From NCBI RefSeq assembly GCF_018350175.1, contig NC_058374.1:84010001-84074000 (forward strand): DNA of 64,000 bases. Direction: 5' to 3'. The position numbers and the translations under genes were made by a program. A model generated the notes under the pieces. It was not told where the DNA came from. It made no database searches and saw only the letters and a program-made list of their open reading frames with translations. Source of the stretch: Felis catus (Eukaryota). This document shows positions 1-13,704 of this stretch, in pieces. The first letter of the stretch is position 1; every line of letters starts with the position of its first letter.

Positions 1-3000
1 GCTCGGTCCGGATGCGCGCTGTGTCCGGGCGCTCCCCTCACATTGAGGAGGAGGCGGCCCCCCGCCCCCCCCACCCTATCTCCCCCCCAACCTTCTCTCC
101 ACCAGCTCCGCTGTCTGAGAAGGCGGTACAAAATCCAGGACTGGATTTCCCTCCCAAATCCTGGGCTGGATTTCCTAGAACTTGGACTCACCTACTCCAA
201 CAATCTAGCCCCCTCCCCTAGCACACCACGGTTAGGGAGCGCGACTGTTGGGTGTGTCATTTAGGGACCAGGGTAAAAAATCAGTTCGTGGGTGGACGGT
301 CCGAGGGGGAAACGGAGCGAATTTAGGGGGTCACTGCCAATTTGGGGGAAGTTGAAGTAGGGAAATGGGGAGGCCTGAAATCCCTTTCCCAGTACCCCTT
401 GTCTCCCCCAGGTAATTGCACGCTGTTCCTTTCCCCATCACCCAGCCGCCTCGCCCCCCCCCTCCCCCCCCCGCACGGCGATGCATTGGTCGGGCCACGA
501 CTTGAGCCCAACTGTCCCAAAGTGAACTTGTAAAGTGTTCCCTGGGGATGGGGACAAACATGGAATTTAGCAGGGTAGGAAGGAGGGGGGTGCCTTAGGA
601 GGGGAGAGATCTAAGGGCTCCAGGACCCCAGGCCAAAAAGTGAGTCAAAGGCTCCAGCTTGAGGTGGAAGGAGAAGGAATATGTCTACAGATTGACACCC
701 CCCATACCAAAATGCATCCAGTCTCCATAGCAACCGTAGCTCCAAGAGTGCCTCAGAATCAGCGGGGATAAGCAGAGAGGAGAGTCGGTGTGTATGGCGG
801 GTGGGGGGATCTGCCAGGGGACTGGGGTTAAGGAAGGCACCATCCTCAAACCTGATTACCCACATGTGAGGTTTTTAGCACCCCTGAATACAAGGACCCC
901 TTCAGTTGAGGTGGGAGGCGGCATCTTTTGGGTTCCCATTCAGTCTCCTGAGGTTTTCAAGGTGGAGCTCTTTTAGAAGGTTAAAGAGGAGATAGAATGG
1001 AAAACGTCTGTCGGCTTTGTGTCTACCACCCTTCCAGGGACCCTAGAGTTCGACTCACTGTCCTCTACCCTGGGGAGAAGGCTGAAGGCATTAGGCCCAT
1101 GGGGAACAGAGGCTGAGTGAGACTTGGCAGGGATGGGCCTGAGTGGTGGGAGGCCTCCCCACAGGCTTGGAGACACCCCCCAACCCACTCCCCTTCACCC
1201 CCCTCACCCCCCCCCCCGACTCGGGGAGTCTCAGTGTTCCCCTAATTTGGCGTCCCACCCTCCTGACGCAGCTGAGACTATAATAAGTGCTGGCGTGGGC
1301 GGCTCTAGGAGGCAGGAGCCGACAGCGTGCTTGGCCTGGTAGGGGGTGAGGGGGGGGGGCGGTACCAGGATGCTGGATGCCCTTTGTTCTCCCTGAGACC
1401 TGTACCCAATCCCTCTTGGGTCCAGTCCTGAGGTCAGCACCCCCTCTCTCCACCCCACCCTGGGATGACACCATTCCCAGGACAGGAGACTCTTCAGTAG
1501 CCTTTTCTGAATTTTCTGAAAGAGAGGGTGAGGGAGTTTTGTTGATTCTGCCTTAATTTTTCCTTCCTTCCTTTGGTGGCCTCAGTTTTCCTTTATGTTC
1601 AGTGGGAACAGAATCCTGACTCTTAGAGGAGTTGAACAACTCGCTAATGAAGAGCGGAGTCTTCTGGGAGATTTCAGCCTCCACCCCTCCTCACTCCCTC
1701 CTTCTCCAGAGCTAAGTGGAGCTTCTCTACCTGGACTAAACCTTTTTCCTCCCTCTCTTTCTTTTCTACTGGGATGGGGCTTGGAGTTCCTCCCCTGGGA
1801 GGCCCCATTGGGCCACTCCCTCCATGTGGTCTTTCCACCACTGAGGCTGTAGGTAAGGCACCTGCCAGTGGTTGTTCTCAGCAAAGGGTGGGGGGGGGGG
1901 ACAGGAGATGAGAGGGGCACTAGCCTCAGAAAGGCAACGGGAAGGGGATCAGACTGTCCCCTGAGGAACCCGAATCAAATGTTCCTTCTCCAAGTTACGG
2001 TCTGGTGGCCTCTGCAGTCAGAGAAGTCCGGCAGGAGGTATCCCTGATGGAAAGAATGGCCTCTCGACCCCCCACCTCCACCCCAAGTAGGCAGCTAAGA
2101 ATGGAGCAGCTGGGAGAGACCAGGATATGATGAAGGACGTGCTCTTCCCAGACACCTTTCACGGACAACATAGCTGGCTTTTGTCGTTCTTTGCCACCTC
2201 AGAGGTAAATGGGATGACAACAGGCTGGAGACCACTTTCAGTTCCACCAGTTCCCTAGTGGTGGGGCCTTGTGGATATGGAGTAGCTGTTCCTGCTGGGG
2301 CCCCACCACAGGATTGAAGGTTGGGGTGGGCAGGAGGATGTGGCGGATGGTGTTGCCATGGCAGCACTTCCTCCCTGTGTTGTCATCACTTGTTCTAATG
2401 GCACTAAGGAGGTAGAGCGGAAGGTGTGTGTGCTGGGGGTGGTGGGGAGGACAGGAACAGGGGCATAGGGAAGAGAGGGGACCGAAAAGAGTCCTGAGGA
2501 CTTCTTTGCACTTTAGCTGTGCAAAGCATGTAGTAGGAGTGGCAGTGTGTGCCTGGGGGCCTGAGATTCTCTGCGTGGTGTATTTTCAATGTGTGTGTGT
2601 TTCTCTCTACAGCTGGAGAACAAGAGGTCACCGATCCTTTGTGGGTCCTGGGAATGGACACATTATCCAGTCCCAGAACCTCCTGCCCCATACTGCTTCC
2701 TGCCCTGGACTCCCCAGGCAGGGTCCAAGTCTACCATGGGTCTGTCACAGCCTCTCTTCCCCATGCTCACCCACTTCTCCATTGCCAAGAAGGTCAGCTC
2801 AGCAGTGACTTGTATTTTGATCCCCTGGGAGAAGGATCAGAATTGGGGAAAGAGGGAGAATGACACCTCCCATATCTTTTTCCATCGTGTCCAAATGTAT
2901 TCTTCCCCCGAGTCCCAGCTCCATCTAGAGGACTAGGAAGTGGCTGATTGGGAAGTGACGTGTGACACAGCAAGCCCTCTATCCCCCTGCTGGTCCCCGA

Positions 3001-3033
3001 GACACCCAAGTTTGGAGCTAACCCTTCTCTTAC

Positions 3034-3193
3034 CTCGCACACTGTCCAGTGAGGCCTGGATGCTGTTTCGAAGTTCAGGGTCGCCCACCCTCTCTGCCAG
3101 CTTCCTGAGGCGGCTTAGAGACTGCTTGGCCACCTCGTGTCGTCTGACTTCTGCTCTCACTGCAGCAACAGCCAACTGCCTCTGGGCATGCAT
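3034..3193 (-). CDS. AGAP2: AGAP2 (PIKE-A/centaurin-gamma1) isoform-specific first coding exon; gene continues left of the window
   Basis: MHAQRQLAVAAVRAEVRRHEVAKQSLSRLRKLAERVGDPELRNSIQASLDSVR matches the recalled PIKE-A N-terminus; phase-1 donor G|GTAAGA at 3033; syntenic position next to TSPAN31. Confidence 0.9.
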
Positions 3194-4003
3194 GTTGCCC
3201 AGACCTGTCTTGCCAGGCTAACAGCAACTTCTGGTCCTGAAGCCCATGGCCCTGCAGTCCCCAAACCCCAGAAGGCCCCTTCTGCTGTGCCTCAGAGCTC
3301 ACCGCTCCTGCCCGCCCTTCCGTCTGTCGGCCTCACTTCCTGACTGGTGAGTTTCAAACCCACAGCCCGGGACAGCACTACCTCCTGCACCTCCCACCCC
3401 CTCTAGCGTTGGCTCATCAACTTTGCCAGCCAGCCCCTGCTATGATTCCCCCAGCCAGGTGGATGGAGAGACCTTAACAAGGATCCTAGGGCCTCCTGTG
3501 GGAGGTAGCTAATTAAGATGGGTGTTGGTGCTAGGAGAATGTGGCAAGCCAGGCCCCGGGTGCAATCCCAAACTCTTGGTGACCAACAGATTTGTGTTCA
3601 GTCTCAAACTCTGACAGGAACGCATACACACTCGGTCTCACTCTTACAGCCCTGCATTCCAGCTTAGGATTGTACCCACTGCCCACGCCACACATCCAAA
3701 GAGCTTGCATACCTACAGTTTGCTCCATAACCCTTCCTTAGTCAGCCACCCCACGGTAAGCAGCTTTTAAAAGGCCAAGTAGTTATGGGGAGAACAGGTT
3801 ATGGAGGAGAACAGTAATTCTAACCAGACAAAACCACCAGGCTCTCTGCTCAATTACTTTCATAATAATTATCTATAACACTTAATAGTTTACGACGCAC
3901 TTTCAAATATGTTATCTTTATGACAGGCCCCAGGGGTGCAGGAAAGGAAATCGAAGCTCTGAGAGGCCAGTGTGAGGTGAAACAAATCTGTGGGTCTAGG
4001 TCT

Positions 4004-4119
4004 CCTTCTTTTTTCAAGTTTTTATTTTTAAGTAATCTCTACACCCAACATGGGGCTCGAACTCACAGCCCTGAGATCAAGCACCGCACGTTCCACTGAC
4101 TGAGCCAGCCAGGCGCCCC
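4004..4119 (-). mobile_element. Short tRNA-derived CanSINE
   Basis: Minus-strand GGGGCGCCTGGCTGGCTCAGTC..GTTCGAGCCC; TSD TGGGTCTAGGTCT at 3991 and 4121. Confidence 0.85.
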
Positions 4120-4504
4120 ATGGGTCTAGGTCTTCTGATTATAACTCCAATACTCTTTTCACTATACCCCCCAACCAAGATGCTTGCTAGTCAGTTTCCC
4201 TTATCCCTAATACCACTGTCTTGCCCTTGATGTAGGACCTGAAAGAGAAGAGGGTGGATGAGGAATTGAAGAACAGAATGAAGACGCAGGGGAGATATTG
4301 GGAGAAAACAGTGGCTAGTTTGATCTAATCGCTTTGCTTCAGGACTCAAACTTTTCTGGCCCTGCCAAATGTCTCTTCGCCTGCATACCTTCTTGACATT
4401 AATTTGTGAAGGATAGCAGATTATAACTATGGATTCTTTATTGTATAGATAGAGACAAGGGAATCAGAGTTGGGGTTACCTACTGGAACTTATAAAACAG
4501 CCTG

Positions 4505-4720
4505 ATTATAATAGCGAACATTGAGTGTTTACTATATGCCAGGTAATGTCATAAGCATTCTGCATATATTAACTCATTCAATTCTCCTAACAACCCAAGA
4601 GACAGGTGTATTGTTATTTATCCCCATTTACAGATGAGGAAACGTGCAGAGAGAGCTTAAGTAATGGGCCAAAGGTTACACAGCCAGTAAGTGGCAAAGT
4701 TGGAACCCGTGCAATCTGAC
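4505..4720. mobile_element. MIR
   Basis: MIR core cccatttacagatgaggaaac..aaggttacacagccagtaagtggc. Confidence 0.75.
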
Positions 4721-5579
4721 TGTAGCAGTTAAGATTTACTGCTCATGCAGACCTAGAATCTAAGTACATACAAACTGAAATCATCCCGTGGGGTTGAAGG
4801 GAGGTTTTTTGTTTGTGTTCCCATTACCACTGTTTCTCTTGGAAAAGAAGAATTATGCCTTTTCTCATCTCCATGAAAAGCATTTATTCAATAATAAGCA
4901 TATTTATCAACCTCTATGCCCACCTTCAGAGTGAAAATGTGGAGACTCCTCCTTCCTCTCATATTTATTCATATTCCAGACCCCTCCCTTTGGCTTTTTT
5001 TTTTTTTTTTTTTTTTTTGCAAGCCATGGATCAGGCATGTGTTCTGAAGACACCGAGTACACTCATGTCTGCCCTTGTGGCTTTGTCACTACAGAAATGT
5101 TCTGGCCCGAGGCGGCTGTTTTGCACACTGCATTTATAGCATATTCACACCCAGCTACGAGGGGAAATGGAAGAGGATATGTGTACTAGTGGACACACCT
5201 GCAAACGCGTGACGATTTGCTGGATGTTGCTGTGCCGAACCCAGGGCTTCCGTGGCCGGGCTAAATAGCTCGATGTTTTGCTCCTCTGGGTGTTCTCGAG
5301 TGTGATGCAATAACAACCAACAATGGCGTCATCATGAGATCACTGCAGGACAAGGGGAAAGGGGCGGGGAAGGGCGCTCCCTCGAGGGGAGGAGCCCTTG
5401 GGCCCTGCCCTCCAAGCCGCACCTACTCGCTCTTCCACTGGGTTTCTCCTGGGCTTCCTTCCTCGCATTAGCCCTCTTCCAGCTGCGGCCACAGAAAGCT
5501 CCGTTTTCAATCCGGGGTTTTGAAGTTTAGGCTCCGGTCCCTATGAGAATCTATGGAAGCCCTACCCCCAGTTTTAAGT

Positions 5580-5735
5580 TTCAGCCAATAAAGAACCTAA
5601 AGGAGGGGCCGGCAGGCGGATTAGTGACGCAATGCAGACTGATTGGCATTCAGGCCATCGACGTCCTGGATTAGCCCCGAGTTTCTCCAATCCAGAGGCA
5701 GGGGTGGGACGGTGCAGGCGCAGAGAATTGGGTTT
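5580..5735. promoter_or_regulatory. TSPAN31 proximal promoter with several CCAAT (NF-Y) boxes
   Basis: CCAAT/ATTGG near 5585, 5642, 5687 and 5728 in CpG-rich DNA upstream of ATG 5843. Confidence 0.55.
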
Positions 5736-5842
5736 GGCTGGACCCGATTTAAAGAGACAGAAGCTGTCGGGGTCCAAGAAGACGGTCCCCAAGACCCTCC
5801 CCCCAAGTCCTTGGGACCACTTGGGTCCCCAAAGCTGGGGAG

Positions 5843-7635
5843 ATGGTTTGCGGTGGCTTTGCCTGCTCCAAGAATGCGCTGTGCGCACTGAACGTGGTCT
5901 ACATGGTGAGGTTTTGGAGGGGGGGCGGGGGGAGAAGCTTCAGGGCGGAAAGAGGAGTGGGAAGAATCTCTAGGGGACTTCCGGTGGGAAGAGGGGTGTA
6001 CTGGGGGTTCCGGGAAAATTCCCGGGAACTTCCGGCGAAGAGGGAATTCCAGGGGACTTCCGTGGGAAGAGGGGAGACTTCCGGTGATCTGAGGGTTTGT
6101 CTGGGGGTGGGGGGAATGAACTGAAGGCTGTGGGTATAAAGGCCAATCCCTCCCTCCTGTGAATTTGTTTCTCTCAAAATAGAAGTAATGGATGAAACTA
6201 CAGGTTCCTTTTTATATGCATAGACTCTCTGCCTGCTGCCCCCACCCCTGTCCCAGTCATTCTGATCTCCAGTGGGAGCATACACCTCCTCTCCTTCGTT
6301 CACGCAAGCCCAGTTCTTCTTTGTCCAAGACTCCCTTTAAGGCTTTTGGCTGTGCTGCACGCTAGAATTCTTTTGAGATGTAACGTGCTGTTTCCTGTAG
6401 CTGGTAGGCTTGTTGCTCATTGGAGTGGCTGCTTGGGGTAAGGGCCTGGGTCTGGTGTCCAGCATCCACATCATCGGAGGAGTCATTGCTGTGGGAGTCT
6501 TCCTTCTTCTCATCGCGGTGGCTGGACTGGTGGGTGCTGTCAACCACCACCAAGTACTGCTATTCTTTGTATCCTGACCTTAAGTGATGGGAGCACCTGG
6601 GCTTTGGGGAGGGCCGAATCCGCTAGGAGGAATGTTGGAAAGGGTAGACTTGAATGATCTTGGGGACGTGTCTCCTTGCGCTGCCTTATACCATACTTTA
6701 TGAAACCAGAGCTGATTTTATTGTTTTCAACTAACGTGGTTATAGAAGTTCTGCGAACAGGTGAGATCAGATGGTTATTGTAGGTGCAACATAAAGGAAT
6801 CTAGGCCTTTTTTTGTTTTTTGTTTTTTTCCTCTAACTCTTCCTCTCAGTACATGATCATCCTCGGTTTGGTCTTCATCTTCCAGTTTGGGATCTCTTGC
6901 TCATGTCTTGCTATTAACCGAAGCAAACAGGTAAGTGGATGCCCTTTCAAGTACTTGCTTTTTTCCTCCCTCTACCCTTTCCCTCTCCTCTCCCCTACTC
7001 CCCAACCCTAAGTCTGGACCTCTTAGTAGGCCCACTTCCAGACTCTTGAGCCATTTGCTTCCTCTGGGAAATCTGGCTAATTTTCCAAAACCTTGGTGGA
7101 TTTTTATCATTTTCTGTATAATAAGCCCTTATTTCTGAGGGATGTTGACTCCCTTTGCTGGAATAGGGAAATTGAGGTACTTGAGGTCAGGATGTAGGAG
7201 CATCCAATAATTTCCCTCTGCCTATATTCTCCAGACGGATGTCATCAATGCGTCTTGGTGGGTCATGAGCAACAAGACCCGGGATGAACTGGAAAGAAGT
7301 TTTGATTGTTGTGGTTTGTTCAACCTCACAACCCTGTATCAACAGGACTATGCCTTCTGCACTGCAGTGAGTTGTGCTGGGGGGAGGGGCGGTGTTGGTA
7401 GGAAAGCTGGTTAAGGACAATGCCCAAATTGGCAGATTTAAGAGTTTGAATGGGATTGTCTCTCTCTAGCAGCTCTCTTGCTGTGTGCTGGGGGGGGGGG
7501 GAAGGGATGGATACAAAGGGTAGAGAATTAGTCAAGTGAGATTTCAGTCTGTAGGAGAATAATCAGAAACTAGTAAAAATTTCTGGGGCCCTTCACCATT
7601 AGTGTTGGGATAGGGCAGCCTAGCAACTGTGCGTC

Positions 7636-7687
<52 letters not shown>

Positions 7688-7997
7688 TACCCTCAGATCT
7701 GCAAGAGCCGGAGCTCCACGTGCCAGATGTGTGGAGAAAAGTTTCTTAAGCATTCAGACGAAGCCCTGAAAATCCTGGGGGGTGTTGGACTCTTCTTTAG
7801 CTTTACAGAGGTAACATTCTCCATTTCTCTCTTATGTGTCTGTAAGTCTTTCTCTATACCTGTAGGTCTTAGCTCCAGAGATTCAGAATTGGTGATGATC
7901 TCTTTCCCTTTGCTTTTTACAGATCCTTGGTGTTTGGCTAGCAATGCGATTTCGGAATCAGAAGGATCCTCGAGCTAACCCCAGTGCCTTTCTATGA
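5843..7997 (+). CDS. TSPAN31: Tetraspanin-31, 6 coding exons, 210 aa
   Basis: Exons 5843-5905, 6401-6568, 6850-6930, 7235-7366, 7697-7810, 7923-7997 total 633 nt; starts [14 protein letters not shown], has the EC2 CCG motif, ends NPSAFL*. Confidence 0.97.
7638..7683. repeat. (CA)n microsatellite
   Basis: Direct reading. Confidence 0.95.
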
Positions 7998-8427
7998 GAC
8001 TCTGGATCCTTCTGACTTCTCTCCTGCTCTCTGTTCTCCCTAAGCTTTTCCGCCCTTAGGGAAAACCTAGGGCCTATAGCCCTTTTTGAGAAAAAGGAAA
8101 GGCCCTTTGTCACATCCCCCAAAGAGGACTGAACAGCCAGGCTGTGTGCCTTGACATGTTTAGGGGGAGCAAGATTATAAGGAATAAAGAGCAACTTCCT
8201 CTCTCTCTAAGTGGATATGGGAAGCTCCTAGGAGTGCATGAAATGGGATGGGGATTGGAGTCCTTCCTGGCTCTGTTTCCCCTCTTTTCCCTTCCACATG
8301 CTGGACCACCTCAACACGTCTTGGCATGGCTGGCTCCAAGGGTAAATCGGGGACAGCCAGGAAAAACCATCAAGAACTCTTTCTTACAATAAGTAGGACC
8401 CAGTGTGGGGAATTCAGTGAATATAAA

Positions 8428-8433
8428 AATAAA
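8428..8433 (+). terminator. Candidate TSPAN31 poly(A) signal
   Basis: AATAAA with downstream U-rich tract (other AATAAA at 8183 and 9135). Confidence 0.45.
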
Positions 8434-8983
8434 AGCCATTTAAACTCCACATTCAAAGAAGCAACTTAAGTGCCTTTTTTTCTCTCTTGCCGGTTGGGCT
8501 CCACTGCCTACATAGGCTCTGTGACTGACCTGGGGAGAATCTTTCAAGATTCTATAGTGAAGTTCCATCTTCCAAATGGTTTTTCCAAATCCCCAAATGG
8601 CAAAGCCCATCAGAAGATGAAATATTTAAAAAAAAAAAAAAAAAAAAGACCGTATTTCTTTGTTTTGTTTTGTTTTTCCTGTATAAAAAAAGATCCCAAT
8701 ATCAAGATAGGAAGGGGGAGAACAAGGAAGATACCCCTTGGTGTATGGAAATCGGGGGGGGGGGGAGGGGCAGGGGAAGGATAAGCTTCAAAAGGAGGGA
8801 TGGGATGGGAGGGGAATGTCATTAAGGCAGCAAAATACTCTCTGGAGAGCTGGGAGGAGTTTCCACAGCGTCAGAGATGAAGCTGAGGTCGCCTTCTCAG
8901 TTGGGGGGCTCTCCACTCAAGTGTTCAAAGGAAGGGAGACGACGGCTTTTCTTCTCTTGGTCCTGTTGCAGCCACGCCACCGC

Positions 8984-11025
<2,042 letters not shown>

Positions 11026-11430
11026 TCAGATGGTGTAAGCCTGCAGCAATAAAGTGACTCCCACAAAAGACATTACAAAGACACCACATCAGCATCCCGT
11101 CCCTTCCCCAATCTTCCACGAGGCTGGCCCCTCAGGTAACACAATGACCCTAACTCCAACCCCTCCAGCCACGTGAAGCCCTAAAATATAAAATTCCTCT
11201 TCCTTTGGGACAGACCATCGCGCCCCGCACAAGGTTGATCTCACACGACACACCCCCTGCGTCGAAGATCCGACATCCAGTCCCTAAAATGACACCTCCA
11301 TATGACCACAAAGGAACAAATTACACCCTGCCCCACTTCCCGCCCTCGAGCCATCCTTCCATAACTTGCTCGTGTAGGAAGCCGTGCAGGACGAAAATGG
11401 TCCCCATTCCTGGGAAGGGTCTATACTTAC

Positions 11431-11635
11431 CTCACTCCGTGCCGGGAGCTGCGGGGGCGGCCCGTTATCGGGGCCCCGGAGCCAGATCCTGAGGCGCCAT
11501 ACACTCGAGCTCTGTCCGGTGCAGCTGGACGCTACGGGCCCGACCATAGACACAGCCCGCAAGCTAGAGCGGCCCCCTTACCCCCACCCTCACCATGTGA
11601 CCAGCTGCCAAAGAGGCGCGCGGAAACTGGAGGGG
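11431..11635 (-). other. CDK4: CDK4 non-coding exon 1 (5' UTR); TSS approximate
   Basis: Donor GTGAG|GTAAGT at 11430; resembles the recalled human CDK4 5' UTR; splices to the acceptor at 10981. Confidence 0.8.
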
Positions 11636-11915
11636 CGGGGCGAACGCCGGACGTTCAGGGCACGTACGAGACACTCATGCGCAGAAGAGCAGCCAGGAGA
11701 GGCTTTGGCCGGGAAGGGGGCGGGGAGGAGAAAGGGGCGGAGGAGCAATGGCAGCCACGTGATCTGTTGCTATCACACGTGACCGCTTGACTTAGCTCTG
11801 AGGAGCAGAGGTGTGGTTACGCGGCAGGGCACGTGACTGACAGCCAGACCCTGGCGGGGGGGAGGGTGAGAGGAAGACAAGAGAGGGTGGAGTCCAATGC
11901 GGTGCCATGGCAACC
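11590..11915. promoter_or_regulatory. CDK4 promoter: MYC/USF E-boxes, E2F site, GC boxes
   Basis: CACGTG at 11756, 11776, 11830 (also 11170 in intron 1); CATGTG at 11594; E2F-like CGCGGAAA at 11619-11626; GGGGCGGGG boxes; MYC regulation of CDK4 via promoter E-boxes is established. Confidence 0.75.
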
Positions 11916-13637
11916 TGGGCCACCCAGATCCCAACTCAGGGCTGCAGGCCGAGCCTGAGCACTTCTCCAGTCTCACTGCACATCTCACTATGTGGTGGTC
12001 TGGCGGGGAGGGGGCGAGACGTGGCGCGGTCGGCTTTCTGCTTTGAAGCCAACGTAAAACATACTCCCATTTGCGGCTTTGTTTCATTCATTCACTCATT
12101 CAACAAATTTCTACTGAGTGTTTGCTTCCTGTGTGTGTATGCAGGGTTTTTGTTTGTGTGTGGGTTTTTTTGGTGTCTCAGTCACTAGCCCTTTAAAGTA
12201 ATGATGAGGCTGTCTGTAAAGATGTAGCCAACAGTGTGGTCGTATAAAACAGAGTAGACAATACCCATCCGAGGGCAAAACTAGGGTTAAATAATTGATG
12301 GAAGACAGATTAATGCAGTGATCCAACAGGAAGAGTGGCAAGGTAATGCCCTCCTCTCCTCCCAACTTCTACCCTTTCTTGGAAGTGTTAAAATTGGGAG
12401 TGCTTTCTGGCAGATAAGTTATCAATGAGCAAGAGACAGGAATGTTTAACCTTTAAGGTTCTTCCTAGCACTAAGATGCTAGGATATATATGTGTTCGTA
12501 TATGTGTATACATATGTATACATTTTATACATTTTATATAGATACAGCAGTGGGCATGTGTGAAGGAGTCACCACTACCACCACCTTAGACCACTGCATT
12601 GCATGAGAATGATTTGTGCTTGTCTACAAACCTTGTGACTCCTTGTTTGGGGTCATTCTGCTTCTCTCTTTTCCCCAATGCAAGTTTTCTTAGCCCTTGC
12701 TCCCACCCAGAACACAGACTTTTCCAAATGGCCTCTATTCGCAGACACCTAGGTAGACAACAGACAGGTTTCTCTGACTTTCCTTGTCTTACTGGCTCTA
12801 ACTTCCTTATTTATCTCCTAACTCTTCAGGGGAATGGGAATAAGGAGGGAAGGGATCAGTGTCTCATTTGTGAGAAATTGTCTAAAATCTGAAACCATTT
12901 TATAACTCTGTTTGCCACTCTTTCCATCTTAACTTCTGTTCTCCTCAACCATCCTGCAGAGGACGTAAGAGTTCAGGCTTGAGATGAATATAAACTATGC
13001 TCCAGGGCAAAATGGAATACAGGTCAGTACAGATTCCCCCTCTTTGCATTCTGGTAGTTGTAGCTCTGGGCCCTTGCTGGCAAGGGCAGCTGGGACACAG
13101 GAAAGAAAGTCCTCAAGGTCTGAATTGGGTAAGGGGCTTCGGAGGGGAATGTTTTATTGGCTACCTTGCCGGGACTGGTTGGTTCATAAACCTTCTGGCA
13201 GACAAAGTGTCTCTGAGTGTGTCGAATTTCTTTCCTACGCCGGCAGGGTCCACTTCAGCTTCACCTTCCACAGCTTACTGTCTTTAGAATAGAAGTCATC
13301 CTCTAGGTTGCCTTGGGTTCCAGCCCCCTTTCTGATTCATGCATTCATCCATGCAAAGCATTTGAATGCTTCATAAAAGCATTACTCTCCTTAATCACTT
13401 TTATTGAGGAGACTTAGTTTGGCAGTCTGTCTCTGGTTCCATACCCTCTCTTCTCCTGTTAATTACTCTTTTGCTAATTAATTTTTTTTCCAGTGCGTTT
13501 GACCCAATGGGCTCCCCTGGAATCCCTTTTCCCTCAGCGTTGGAGAGGGGAGATGTAAGTGTAAAGCAGAAATGATGTGATGAGAGGGTAGAACTGGTTC
13601 TCAGGGTCAAGGCCTCCATAAAAACAAAAGCAAAGAG

Positions 13638-13704
13638 GTGTGTGTGTGTGTGTGCGTGTGTGTGTGTGTGTGTGTGCGCGCGCGCGCGCCCGCGAGCGCG
13701 CGCG
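13638..13704. repeat. (TG)n-(CG)n compound microsatellite
   Basis: Direct reading. Confidence 0.95.

Noticed and set aside
4004-4119. tRNA-like A/B box sequences here and at about 46600 and 47033
   Set aside because: tRNA-derived SINE heads with A tails and TSDs, not tRNA genes
4995-5160. Poly(T) followed by a weak hairpin, possible retrocopy or snoRNA
   Set aside because: No TSD, no clear box motifs and no recognisable parent sequence
5973-6087. CRISPR-like repeat array
   Set aside because: Eukaryotic DNA; degenerate units without unique spacers
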